A DNA stretch of 64,000 nt from Lama guanicoe (taxonomy: Eukaryota), in NCBI GenBank assembly GCA_013239625.1, contig MU054323.1, positions 930,001 through 994,000 of the forward strand. The letters are read 5' to 3'. The notes below the pieces were generated by a model. It did no database searches. It was not told the origin of the DNA and worked only from the letters and a program-made list of their open reading frames with translations. Both the position numbers and the translations under genes were made by a program. Positions 1-12,926 of this stretch are shown in pieces (positions within the stretch are counted from its first letter, which is position 1; every line of letters starts with the position of its first letter).

Positions 1-49
1 AAACTTGATCCCTAACAGAGGTAGGAGCTGGTATAAGGCCAGTCTCACT

Positions 50-560
50 CCTCTGAAAGCAAATTTCCGGTATATATAAAGAGCCGTCAAACATCCATAT
101 GAATTAATCCACTAATTTGGTTTTTATGAATCAGCCTAAAAAAAATAATCGAAGATAAGAAGTTTTTTTTCCTAACAATATGGCCATCACTGCTTTATTT
201 ATACAGGAACTTCTGAAAGAGCCTACATAGTCAAGAATTCAGGATTGATTGAGTAAACATATCCATGAAGTAGAATGATATACAGCCAAAGATCTTATTT
301 TTAAGAAATTTTTAGTGATGAGGGGAGATATTTGTGATATAATACTATATAGAAAAATCAAGAAATAAGATTGTGTACAGCATGAACTCATCAACTTGTG
401 TATGGCTATTTTATATAAATGATTGAGGAAATGAACAGCATATTTCAAAGAGATGGAATTTAGAGGGCATTTTAATTTCCTTCTCTTTATTTTCCTAACC
501 TCTACCATAACAAAACTTTTGTAAAGTTTACAAAACTTGTGTAAAACAACAATTCTGTTA
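50..560 (+). mobile_element. Old L1 (L1ME-type) 3' region fragment
   Basis: A-rich degraded L1M 3' motifs (gctttatttata..., gattgagtaaac...atccatgaagtagaatgatatacagcc). Confidence 0.55.
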
Positions 561-949
561 ATGAAAGAAATAATAATCATCATAGTAAAAGAATTGTTTC
601 TGTTTATTAAGTGCGTCTAATGTGCTTGGCAATAATAAGAAAGCAATTTGCCTGTATTTCCTTGCAAAGTCCAGCAAGGTAGGTTTTATCAAAAAGGAAA
701 CTGAGACTGAGAAGTTAATTGACTTCACTAAGATATGCTCACTAAACAAATTACTAAAGCCAACAACTTATAAGCGTTTGCAGCATGCTCAAGAAATGAG
801 GTGTAGTCTGTTCAGCTGCAGGAGAGGGTGGAGGGACTCATTGGAGATGAGGACCCAAAGTGGGGTGGGGCCGGATCCCGGAGACCCTTGAATGCCACGC
901 TAAGGAGGGAGAGTCTGTCCTAGGGGCAATGTGAAAGCAGCTGTGCAGA

Positions 950-1050
950 TTAAAAAGAAAGAAGGGGAAGAAGAAAAAGAGAGACGAAAGGAAGAAAGGA
1001 AGGAAAGAAGGAAAGGAAATAGTAGTGTGTGTGTATGTGTGTGTGTGTGT
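950..1050. repeat. Purine-rich (GAAG/GAAA)n tract followed by (TG)n microsatellite
   Basis: Directly visible: gaagaaaggaaggaaagaagg... then gtgtgtgtgtatgtgtgtgtgtgt. Confidence 0.9.
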
Positions 1051-1589
1051 GATGAAGTCCCCAGGAGCAGAGCTCAGAAAGATCTACCAACGTTGCGTAA
1101 CAATTCTAGCCTTCATTAGACATTGCATTTCCACACACTGTCTCCAACATAAACATTATTGAATTTTGGAGCGTGTCCTTGGAGTTACCTTGGATGGAAA
1201 AGTAGAGGTCAGCCAGCCTTCCAGGGTGGCTGGATGTACGGAAACACAGTGAACATGGGATTCTCTTGAAAGTTCTTTCTCTGCTCCTTCCTCTTGCAGC
1301 ATCACGAAGTCACAATGCCTCTGGTGCCACAGGGTCTCCATCGTCCTGTGCGACTCATTTCACCATCTCCGCCTCTGACTCTAGGGCTGGGTCATTCCAC
1401 AGTGCTAGCTCACTCGCCATGTGCTTTCTGGTCGCTCATGAGTCCCAGCGCCCTGTGCTGCTCAGACCTGTCAGTTGGAACATCAGCCGTGTGGTCCACA
1501 ATCCCGACTGCCTGGAGCTGTGCATCAGGTTGCACAACATCCAGTTATTTTTTTTCCGTCTAGGTCTATGTGTCTATAAATATTTGTAC

Positions 1590-1815
1590 TTGCTGAGGCT
1601 TTCATCGCACATGCTCTGTGTCAAGCACGGGTCTCAAGACTTAACTTCTATTAACACCAATAATCTTTTGAGGTAGGAGCTGCCCCCATTTTACACCCAA
1701 GAAATGAAAGAGGGCTTCAAAGACTCACCTGAGATCCTGCCATTAATGAGGAAGAGCCAGGATTTGAATCCAAGTTTTAGTTTCTAAGTCAGTGTTCCTG
1801 ATCATCGCACCACGC
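1590..1815 (-). mobile_element. MIR SINE
   Basis: Reverse MIR core: tgaggtagg...cccattttaca...agagccaggatttgaatccaag. Confidence 0.75.
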
Positions 1816-3049
1816 TGCTGCTCAGCTTCAGAACAGAACAGACTCTGAAAACAGTGGCATAAGAAATGGTTGTTATAACGCAAGCCCAGCGAGCCTACAG
1901 CTCTCTACGCATGGCGTCTCAGCCCTCAAGCTTCTGATGTAAAATTCTGACTGATCCCGGGCTGACGTGTGGATGGCGATGCCATTAACTATTAGATTTC
2001 ATGCTCTTTCTTGCCTCTCCTTCTCTGCTACTTAAAAGATCCCATAGTCCCCCTTTCCTTTTTTCGGTACATTTTTGGCTGGTGATCTCACTTGTCCCCA
2101 TCGTTTCACCACTAATCCCCTGGCTGGTGAATTCCATTTCCAGCTTCGAACTTTCTCCCACGGTTCAGATCTAAATGCCCAGCACCACACTAAAGCTCTC
2201 CTGCTAATGTTGCATGGAGACCTCAAACTCAACAAATCGCAAACCGGGCTCAGCGCCTCACTTTCCTGTCTTGTCAGTGACACCAGCGCCGTCTTGCTGT
2301 TGCCCACCCAGCCGTGACTCTGGCTTTCCCCTCCTCCAGCTTCTCTTAGGCACCCCTTTTCTGTGGATTTTTACCTCTTCCTTCCTGGAGTCAACACTTT
2401 CCTGACTCACACACCTTCCTCAGGTGTACCCTTCTCCTGATGTGGTCGTCCTGGGTGGATGTGGACTATGGTTAGAAACTCAGGGATCATGGGTTTCCCT
2501 AAAATATCGTCCTCTCTCCCCTGCCCCCATTCCGATCAATTTATATCCTGGAAAACACCCTCTATGCCATGATGGTGAAGCTGAATGTGGAACAAGAGGC
2601 TAAGACGTTTCTGTAAAGGAGAGGGCTCCGTGAACTTGCAGGGTGTGAGCAGGGCAATACAAGGGCGGGAAGCCACATGTCTCAGCCAGGCTGCACTCAC
2701 CACACTTTCCCTCAGACATCCAGGCCTGTGCAACTCTCAGCCATCCTTCAGGGTCCGGGTTGAAGGTCCCTGCTGCATGGAGCCGTAGCTTTTTTTTTTT
2801 TTTTTTTGCTGTAACAACTTGACTGTCCAGACTTCCTGACCAATTTTTTCATCTCCTTTGCATGACCCTTACTACTCACTACTTTCATCAGTATTTGTGT
2901 GTTCTTATCTCTCCTGCTAGATCAGGAACTAGATCAAAGTCCTCATCTTTCTTTTCAGTCCAGAATAAGCCTTGCCACAAAAGTAGTCATGGAAGGTGGC
3001 TGAGTAAATGAGTAAGTGAATAGAATCTGCCTAAACCAGTGTGTTCAGT

Positions 3050-3485
3050 TGGATGAAAAAATGGCCACAGTAACTTCCTTCTTTGGAACCACGCTCTTGG
3101 TTGGGTTTTCCACACTGACACTGGATTTGCCCGTGGTGGATCTGCTTTGGCCAGTGGGATACAAGGGTGTGTGACACAAGCCGAGACGCCACAGTGCTCA
3201 GTCATTGAGGTCTCCCCTCTCCTGCTGCCCTTGCAACTCTGACCACCATACGAGTGGCCCAAGCCATCCTGCTGGAGGCTGAGTGGCTGAAAAGAAGACT
3301 CAGATGCTCCCATCTGCCAGCTGACCAAGTCGCACAGGAGCACCCAGGGAAGGTCAGCCGAACTGTCAAACAGACACGAAGAACCACAAGGTGACTCACA
3401 GAGTAACATGATGAATAAAGCTCCTTGTTTTAAACTACTTAGTTTAGCGATGGCTTTTCTGGGCAGCAAAAGCTAACTGGATACC
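3050..3485 (+). mobile_element. MaLR LTR, MLT1G/H-like
   Basis: tgctttggccagtggga...gtgtgacacaagc; 3' end aataaagctccttgttttaaactacttagtttag...gcagcaaaagctaactg. Confidence 0.65.
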
Positions 3486-3594
3486 CATGGACGGCTAATT
3501 TTCAAAAAATTGGAGTGACTAGCATTGCTATACCTAAATAGTTTTTGCTACAGGTATAATAATCTTAAAAAAAAAAAAAGCTTTCCAGTCAAAG

Positions 3595-3770
3595 AGACTT
3601 TCTAGTTAAACAGCCCTGGATTCAAGTTGAATTTCTGTCATTTACTAGCTGTGTGACATTGAGCGAAGTTACTTCACCTCTCTGATCACGGTACCTACAT
3701 TTCAGGGTTGTTGAAAACATTTAATGGAGTTATATTCAGAAAGCAGCTACTACAGACTATCACACAGTGG
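3595..3770 (+). mobile_element. MIR SINE
   Basis: ctggattcaagt...tttactagctgtgtgacattgagcgaagttacttcacctctctg. Confidence 0.8.
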
Positions 3771-5608
3771 ATGGTTGGTTCAGGTTGGCTATTCCTCTTG
3801 GCTGGTCTAGGATTTGAAAATGTAGCTCTGACTCTGACTCTTGCCGCAGGCAAACACCTCTCTGTCTCTGTCTCTGTCTCCATCTCTCGCTTCTTCCCAG
3901 CACAGGCAATTTTTTGCTATTTAAATTTATTTACTAAACTGACTAAGACAGTTAGTACCAAATTCCTCCCAAATTAAGTCTCAGATTGGCTTCTGGGGAG
4001 TTAATTACTTATGCAAGTGCATAAGTCGGCCCTGGAATTTCCAAACTAATAGGTTCTCTGCTCAATTAATACTCCCTACCCCCAAGACCAGCAAATAAAT
4101 AAAATAGCAACCAGATTAGGACCATCTAATTGCTCTCTGTGTGGGGTCCCCTCCTGCTGCATCCTCCAAGTGTCCATGAAAAATCTTAGATGAAAAAATC
4201 GGGGGCATCTATTCTTGACTCTTCCTCTCTTGTAATTCTCAGGCAACTGGGGACCCCAGAGTTAGAACATTCCTGGGGCGCTGGTTGCAACACTTCAGCA
4301 CCTGTTTATTATCGATTGATTGATTAACCATGGTCTGTGCCCTCACAATGCTTTTCCTCCATGAAGAAGTAAGAATATGAGTGACTAGTGTATCAGCAGG
4401 GCCACGGTGATGGTTACATGTTGGAATATTAAGTACATAATGTGTCCCAGGCCCTGGGCTGAGCATGTAATGTGCTTTAATGACCCAGGGAATTTTAAAA
4501 TATTGACCACCTCATCTAAAGTGGAGTCCCTCTCCCTCCCTCCTCTGTCCAAGCCACCTTGGCCTCACCCCTTCCTTTTTCTTCTCTGTTTCACTTATGA
4601 TACTCTGAATTTATATTACTTATCCATTTGTTTAGTTCTTTGTCGTCATTCTTCCATGGGAAGATAAGTTCCACGAGGGAAGAAGTCGGCATTCCTCATC
4701 TGTTGCTGCTGAGAATGGCATGGGGCACACAGCGGGCTCTCACCAGCTGAATGGTGTGGGAAATTACAGCAGTGGGGCAGCCAGGTACTTGCTTCCCTCA
4801 CCAAATGGGATGAGATGTTCTCCAAGATGGGTACCATTTTGTCTGTATCACACAAGCTCCCAGTACTGTGCCAGGGACATTGCAAGACCTCCATCAATAT
4901 TTTATAACAAGTTTTGAAACTCTGCTGATAAATAGTGATGCCCACTGCAAATAATTACTTTCTGATATCTGAGTTTTCCAGAATATTGGGGAAACTCAGC
5001 GATTATGTCCCTTTGAATGGAAGTAGTTTAAGCAGCAATTACACTGATAACTAAACAGATGTAAAATTGGTCTTCTTATTCATTTATTTGCATTCCCCAA
5101 ATAATTTTGGTTGGTACAACCCAGTTTTGCTAACTCAAGTTTATCACTGAAAATATAATTCTTAGGTATTCTCATATGATGCTGTATTTAACAATGACCA
5201 TGTCTTTCTTCTCCAGGGGAGAAGCTTTTGGAAGGCCGATCATGTCTGATTGATCTTTATACCTTTAATGACCAGCTCAGTGTTTTGTTTAGAGTGCACG
5301 CTCAGTAAATGTTAAGCTAATGAATGAACAGTTGGATGGATGTTCCTACCACCCTGTGCGAGGATCAGTGATGCCCTCAAAGGAGCCCAGGCTTTCCATG
5401 AGCTGCCCTGCCTGTGTCAGCTCTGGGCAGCTGGCTCTTTGTAATAACCGTGTGTCCATCTAATGGTTTTTTTTCCCTTTTCCCCTCAGGATTCCAGTTA
5501 TGCCTTATTTCTGTTCACTTTACTTGTCTGCTAGGGGTAATGATGAAAATATTTACCAGCATCTTCTCTCTTATGGGTAGAGGAGAGGATCACATGTTTG
5601 TTAGCATT

Positions 5609-6128
5609 TGTGGCAGATTAAAGAAAGCTACAGACTCTTGGACACGACTCCCATCAAGAGGTGAGACTGTATCCTCCCCTGTTAGATCTGGATGGCCCTG
5701 GTTACTGCTTTGACCCAAAGGATACGATGGAACTGGCTATGTTAATTTCCAGGAACAGGCCTAACAGACCGGCAGCTTCCGCTCCCCGTGGCCGGGGCAC
5801 TTTCTCTTGGAGTCCTGAGCGATCAGGCAAGAAGTCCACCTGTCCTGCTGGAGGGACTCTAGGAAATTCTCCGAGATTGCATGGAGAAGGAGAGGACCCA
5901 CTAAGGCCCCAGGCAGGAGAATGAAGCCATCTTGCGTCTGCAGAGCAGGCCAGCTACCAGTGAATGCCACCCAGTGAGTCCAGGGGATGTCACAGGGAGA
6001 CACCTGGCCTGTCACACTCTGCCAGGATGCGTGAGGCACGAAAACCATGCAATATAATTAAGTCATTGTTGTTTTAAGTCATTAAGTACTGGGGTAGCTT
6101 GTTATGCAGTGATAGAAAAGTAAAACAA
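5609..6128 (+). mobile_element. MaLR LTR, MLT1G/H-like (near full length)
   Basis: Starts tgtggcagattaaaga...ctcccatcaagaggt; ends ttgttgttttaagtcattaagt...ggggtagcttgttatgcag. Confidence 0.8.
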
Positions 6129-6706
6129 CATAAATTATAAACTAAGATCAAATGAGTCTTAAATGATCACTTAAGTATAAAATGTTCTACAAAAAGTGCA
6201 TGGAATTTGGGATTCACATGTGGTTCTTTGGCGACCATGACTGTTTCTTCCTTGAAAGTGGTGAGCTTGCTGGAGACCTGAGCTCCGTAGACAGGAATGC
6301 CTCCTGTTTAAAAATGAACAGAAACCATGTCTTTGAATAATAAAGTGTCCATGAGCCAAATGCACAAGGTTTTATGGAATATCTACATTGCTTTTCTGCA
6401 CTGTTTTGAGGGTTCAGAGATTGGATAAATTAAAGAAATGATAGAAGATGCATTCGATTTACTAAAAACTGTCTTTCTAATATGTGTCTCTCACTACTGG
6501 CTATCCGACAGCTTGGGGGCAGGGTACACAAGGAACAATGTAAACACCTCCAATTGTCTCACATCTCCAGTGGCCCTGACATCCCCAAACGTTTTTCTGC
6601 TAAATATGCTATTTGATCCTTATAAGAGCCCTGCACGATTATCAGAGCCGCCTGTTAGATCACATTTCATAGACTTACAAACAAAGGCCTACAAGCAGAA
6701 AGTGGT

Positions 6707-7083
6707 TACAATGGGCTGAATCGTGTCCTCTCGCCACATTCCCGGAATCTGTGACGAGGTTACCTTGCATGGTAGCAGGGGCTTTGCAGATGGATTTTCC
6801 TGAAGGATTTGGAAATGAGACAATCCCCCTGGATTATTTGGATGGGCCTGGGCCGGTTATATCATAAGAGTCCTTACGAGAGGGAGGCAGCGGGGTCAGG
6901 GTGAGAAAGGTGAGGTGATGATGGAAGCAGTGATTAAAATAACATGCTTTGAGGGTGGCAAAAGAAGCCACTAAGCAAAGAAGGTAGGTGACCTCAAGAT
7001 GCTGAAAAAGGCCAGGAAACAGACTCTACCTGAAAGTTCCCAGAAGGGGGATGCAGCCCTGCTGATGCCCTGATTTTAGCCCA
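6707..7083 (+). mobile_element. MaLR LTR, MLT1D-like, 3'-truncated
   Basis: ggctgaat...gttaccttgcatgg...ctttgcagatg...ctggattat...gcagccctgctgatgccctgattttagccca. Confidence 0.8.
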
Positions 7084-7464
7084 TGTTACTGGCTGAATTA
7101 TGCCCCCCCCCAAATTCATACATTCCCGTCCTGACCCCTAGCACCTCAGAATGTGACTCTCTGGAGACAGGGTCCCCAAAGAGGTAATTAGGTTAAGTGA
7201 GGTCATTGGGGTGGGACCTAATCCAATGTGACTGGTGTCCTTACAAGAAGAGGAGTAGCATGCAGACAGGACAGACCACGTGCAGACACTGTGGGAAGAT
7301 GCCAGCTACCAGCCAAGGAGAGAGGCTCAGAAGAAAACAGCCCTGCTGACACCTTGATCTTAGACGTCCAGCCTCCAGACCTGTGAGATAACACATCTCT
7401 GTTGTGTAGGCACCCCCTCCCCCCAGTGTGTGGTGCTTTGCTGTGGCAGCCAGAGCAGACTGGT
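7084..7464 (+). mobile_element. MaLR LTR, MLT1B-like
   Basis: tgttactggctgaattatgcccc...cctaatccaatgtgactggtgtccttacaagaagagga...cctgctgacaccttgatcttagacgtccagcctccaga. Confidence 0.85.
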
Positions 7465-9869
7465 AGAGGGGGGTTAGTGGCAGAGCTGAGACCGCACCCC
7501 AGGAGTTCTGGCTCCAGGAGCTCTTCCCGCTGCTTCAGGCCACGCTCCCTCCTGCCTGACGACGGCACAGTGGTTCCTGGATTCTCATCTCAGCCTCCCT
7601 CAATCACTAGCTATGCAGCCTCGGATGAGTTACTTGCATTTGTGCGAGGTACTTGTGTTTATAGCATCTTTCTGTGCCACAGTGAGGCCCGCACGATTCA
7701 CTACATGTAGGGAGCTTGGCGTGCAGTAATCATTCAGTGAACCCCGGGTACTGTTTCTGATCTTTCTATTGCAGATTGAGAGAGGATGATGAGAGTTTTC
7801 TAGCAAAATCCCTGAGCACCTTCTCCTGAAAGTCAATATCTTACAAAAATAAATAAAAGAAAGGGAAAAATAAGATACAGGATCACCAATGAGAAAACCA
7901 CACGTGAGAATTTCTCTTTCCTCGTGTAAAGGGCTAAGTTTTGCAGCAAAATCTCTCTACTACACCAGCTATAGAATGTGTAATCATTTGTGGGGGCAGA
8001 AACTACTATTCATCAATGTCACTGTCATCAAATGAAATGTAAGTGCCTGCAGAGACGCAGTGTGGTCTAAGGAGGCTTGCAAAGAACCTATAATTGGTAC
8101 CCTGCCGCTCAGATCAGCAAGGAAGTCTGCACTCCAGGCAGGCACTTCCGGCTGCAGAAACTGTCCATGATTCTCAGGAACCTTGAAATGTCTGACCAAG
8201 GCAGTCCTCTCCCCTCCTGTCCAGCAACTTCCTGGCGGGGAGGTTCTCCCGCTGTGGCATAGACACTCGGGGCTCTAGAAGGATGTTCTCAGCCTCCACA
8301 CAGTCTGAGGGAGGCTCTCCCTTAATCTGTGAACCCAGAGTGGCTAAACATACAGACATCTGTCTGCACAGCTCAGGAAGTCAGACCCAGTCCTCTCCTG
8401 TCTTGCTGTTTCTGTCTTTTCTGGAATAAATCCCTGCGCTCACTCCAGGGAAACAGCACAAGAATGAGCGTACAAGCCCCTGGGCCACCCTTGGCTGCTC
8501 CGGCAAACCCATCAAAACCAGCCCTGTGTGGCCACCGCACGCCAGAGCAGGTTAGTGTTAAAATCTGGGACATTCTGCATCAGAAAACAACTATTTTAGA
8601 CTAAAAGAGCACAAAGGACTCTTTAGCACTCTCTTCTGGTAAATTTCTTTTTTTTTTTGTTTTGTCTTATTTAACCACAATCAGGAGGACCAAATAGAAT
8701 CCTTTTCTCATAAATGAAAAACCAAAATCCTCAGGACAGCTTCACGAGCCCAGCCCACACACCTGCGGAGTGTGCTTAGTTATAAAAGGCCTTGAGCGCC
8801 AAGGTAAAAGTTTGGGTTGCACTTAAATCATATCGATCACTAATTAACTAGTTGTTAATTTTTCATGCGCTCATTGATTCATTCATTTATTCAATGTATG
8901 TTTCAAGGATTTAGTCTGAGCCAGATGCTGTGCTGAGTCCTAATAATCCAAAGGTTAATAACCTGCAGTCCCCAGCTGGAAAGGGATTTACAGCATGACG
9001 GAAAAATCCTAATGCTTGTTATATCTTTTCGACAACATGCCTTCAGCAGCATCTCACTTATGTCAAGATTCCTCAGAAATCCTGGAGCGTGTGGGTGTGA
9101 ATGAAACAGAAGCTTCGTATCTCTCCTGGGCTCTGGAGAGCTCCCTCCTGCCTGGCATGTCTCTTCTGGGCACTGAAGGTGAGAGCGCAGATCAGTTATA
9201 GAAGTGCCTTTGGTAAGAGCCAACAGGTGGCTTGAGCGTATGTCTTTGAGGGTTCACTCCAGAGTTCAGAAAGCCCCAGTGGAACCAGAGCTCCTTATGG
9301 GAGCCTCTATCCTGGGCACTGGTTGCTGCTGCAGGCTTGTTGCTGCTTTCAGGCTGCGTTGGGAAGGAGACAGGTGAGGAGATGACAGGGAGAGAGGAAG
9401 GGAGGAAAGGGGACTAAAGGAGTGGAGAGGAGAGGATGACGGTGAAGCATCCCAGCATGGCCTTCGCAGACCCCTCTAATGAAGTTACAGCTGCCACACT
9501 TATTTCCCAATAGTCCCCACTGCAGGTTTCTAATAACAATCTCTGTAGCGTGTAAATAGTGTTTACTCATCACTTACAAATACTGTTTCATCTAATAGAA
9601 TAATCTGGGTAGAGATACACATTGGGGACAGAACTTCATAATGTAATGAGCACTGCATTATGCATGAAGGATTTATGAAGATACCTACAAGGCTTCAGCA
9701 AGAACATTGCAGAAATAAATATTCCTTCATGCTTGACATAGACTCAATCATTTGAGTAAGCAAACTTCTTTTTATTTTAAAGCCCCACACTGGGGAAGTC
9801 AAGATGGTAAGATACAATCCCTGGGCTCACAGAGGCTCACAGTCTAGTGGTGAAGGGGCATTTAAATTT

Positions 9870-10130
9870 TATTTTTATGCTTTGTTAAGAACATTTTCCA
9901 AAAAGGAATGTCATAATGAGCCTCCACGCTCCATCAGTCAACTTCAACAATTACAAATATCCTGCCATTTTTGCTTATTATCCCCACTTTAATTTAATTT
10001 AATTTGGTAGGAGAGGGCTGGAACATTTTAAGCAAATTCTAGATATTATATTACCTCACCTTAAAATACTTCACTAAAATATCTTTCACATATTAAAAAA
10101 AAACCACAATAGCATCAGGACATACTAAAT
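9870..10130 (-). mobile_element. Old L1 (L1MC4/5-like) 3' end
   Basis: cttcaacaattacaaatatcctgccatttt...ttttaagcaaattctagatatt...aaccacaatagcatca. Confidence 0.55.
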
Positions 10131-10329
10131 TCTTTTTGAAGGGATGGGTCAGTCCCCGCCCTGCCACTCACTGGATCGTATCATTAGCCATCATTTTGAA
10201 AAGAATCAGTGATGAGGAACTTCTTTTCATTCTCCAGGGCCAGGATCAAGTAGCTGATAATTTAATCAATAATTAGGTTACAGACTTTGAGAAAAATTAT
10301 TTAATATTTAATTTGAATACTTAATTGGA

Positions 10330-10530
10330 TGGGGTAGGTGATTAAGAGGTATAAACTATTGTGTATAAAGTCAATAAGCTACAAGGAGGTGTTGCACAAC
10401 ACAGGGACAGCAGCCAGTATTTTGTAGAAACTAAAAATGGAACATAACCTTTAAAAATTGTTAATCACTATGTTGTATACCTGTAACTTATGTAATATTG
10501 TTCCTCTACCATACTTCAATAAAAAATTTT
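10330..10530 (+). mobile_element. 5'-truncated L1 3' end, cetartiodactyl-type
   Basis: gattaagaggtataaactatt...aataagctacaagga...acaacacaggga...aatcactatgttgtatacctg...atacttcaataaaaaa. Confidence 0.8.
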
Positions 10531-11859
10531 TAAGATACTTAACTTGAACTGAATATTTTCCTGGACATGTTTGCATGTGTTACTTCATTTAACCATCACG
10601 GTCATCTTCTGAGACCTTTCCGTGCATCCCACCCCCTCGACAGTTGAGGAATCAGGCTCCAGAAGGCAAACTGTCTGGCTAAACTTTGAAGAACTGAGTA
10701 GTGACTTTGTGAATTCAAATCCAGATTATTTTATTTCAAAACTCATACTCTTGCAGCCTGTATTTGAACCACATTTTAACACCATCTTCTTTTAAATATG
10801 CAAGTCAGTTTCACGAAATTATTATGCATTGGGAGCCAACTACGTGCCAGGCACTAAGGTGTTGAGTATAACAAGATGAACAGAGTATGCCTTACCCTGC
10901 CAAGAGGGGGTGGCAAAAACCTACACCTCTTCTCTGCGACTCAGGTTTCTCACTGGTAAAGTAACTGTAATAAAGCAAAATCAACATAACCACAGACTCC
11001 TTGTTTCAATTAAAACTAAGAGGAATACATGAAAGCAAATTTTTCTTGCTTGATTCAAGCTCCTCAAGAGAAGGAATGTGTCTTTTTGGATAAATGGTAT
11101 TTAGTATGTGTTTGAGAACATGGCGTCTGGAGGCGGCTGCCTGGGCTACAACCTAGCGCAGCCATTTAATGAATGTGTGACTTTAGGCAAACTGTTCAGC
11201 CTCTCTGTGCCTAGGTTTCCCCAACCGTAACATGCAACCGATAATAAAACCCAGTGGGAATCTGCATGGTTCTTCAACAGAACAGTAAGGAGACTGGTCT
11301 GAATGGGCAAATTCTCTCTTCTGCTGTGGCTTGTGTGATCCGTCAACTGACTAATGGTTCAACCTCCATTCTTTATGTGTGATGTATATTTTTTCAAGAG
11401 GGTCTTTACTTGAATTATATCTCTCCAGGAACTAGAAGGCATCTTAGAGAAACCCTTCCCTCTTACTGATGCGGAATGAAGGTTCCTGAAGGAAACAGAC
11501 AGCACCAAGTTTGCAAGATCATGCTGGGACCACTCCAGAACACACACCAAGGTTTTTCCTATCCAAGAAGTGACAAACAGTTGGTTCTCAGTCCCGAGAA
11601 CTGTGCAATTTTCTGCAGCTTCTTAGTTACGTTGAATGACCAACAACTTCTTCATTGTAGCTTCCTGAGAGCAAAGATCAAATTTCAAGTGAATCTGCTC
11701 TTTCTGTGACATGAACTAATGAATAAGAATGGGAATTCTTAGCCACATTTGGAGGATTAGGTGTGCTTCATGGTGCAAATCTGTTTCCTGTGAATTACTT
11801 GAAAAAAGACCATCAAATCTCATCTGTCTGCCATAGCTGTTTCAACTTTCTAAGCTGAG

Positions 11860-12060
11860 GTAATGTAGTAAGAGTAAACCAATCTTTGGGAACAAAAATA
11901 CTGTTTTAAATCCTGCTCAACCACTTGATCACTGTGTAATCTTGTGCTTGTGTGTAGTGTAAACAGTCTGAACCTCAGTTTGTTTGACTGTAAAATAGGA
12001 ACACTAATTGCTACCCACCTCACAGAAGGGTTGTGGCATCAGATAGAAAACTAAGTGTGA
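11860..12060 (+). mobile_element. MIR SINE
   Basis: aaatcctgctcaaccactt...ctgtgtaatcttg...tctgaacctcagtttg...ctgtaaaatagga...cctcacagaagggttgtg. Confidence 0.7.
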
Positions 12061-12449
12061 AATTTTATACTGGAGAAAATTTTATTAATATAGTATATAA
12101 GACATTATAACGTCATGAGTAAGAGTTTAATTAAGTTAAGCCAGCAAATAAATGTAAAGCATAGAATCATGTCAAATGGACATTCCACAGAGTGTGGTGG
12201 CTAGGATGGTATGCACTCCATAATTATCAGCCTTATTATTTCCGTATTCCATAAATATTCATCAGGTTACCACTTTGTGCCAGCTACTCAAGTATGGTCC
12301 TGTTAAGATGTCAAATATCTAAACATTGAAAGGCAAATAGAATTCGCATCACCCAAACCCCTTAATATTAGCTTTTTCTGACAATACTACTTTGCTCAAG
12401 ATGGGTGTGGATTTATCAATTAGTACCCTCTGAAAACAGTCATTGAGAA

Positions 12450-12920
12450 AGCAACTAAGTCCCTTACTGGCTTCTGCCTGGATATCTTTGTCTTATTTTC
12501 AAGACCCTCATGGGAGACCTTGCCATATGTTTGGGTGTTGATCAGACCCACACACTTACTTTCCTTCCCTAATCTAATCGATGTGACTTGTCATGGGTGG
12601 TCCTGCAATGGCTTCCTGTGATCATTGTTTTAGTTTGTAGGTGTTCACCAACCATCTCCACAACCCGTGGAACGCTGAGCTCCTAGCAAACACTGAAGAT
12701 CTAGTTGCACCCTGTCCTTGTTTCTTTATAAAATATCTTGATGGTATTTGGCCATTTGACCGATATCAAGGGCTAATCTCAGAGGCGGCATCTGAAAAAT
12801 GTTACTCACCCTCTCCCTCTCCATTCTTTGAAAGCGTCAGAGATTTTTGACAACTGTTTAACTGTCCCATTTACCAATTCTCACTGTGTCTTGGGAAACC
12901 TGAAATCTTTCAAGGCAGTC
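12450..12920 (-). mobile_element. L3/CR1 LINE fragment (probably continues at ~13700-13950 after the LTR)
   Basis: tcatgggagaccttgccatatg...gtgacttgtc...ggcttcctgtgatcattg...tcaccaaccatc resembles the reverse CR1 RT region. Confidence 0.55.
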
Positions 12921-12926
12921 AGGGGC

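Noticed and set aside
2987..3469. Longest ORF in the window (160 aa)
   Set aside because: Antisense to an MLT1 LTR, non-ATG start and no protein-like features
9220..9233. CTCF-like motif CCAACAGGTGGCTT
   Set aside because: Partial match with mismatched 3' positions; expected by chance in 64 kb
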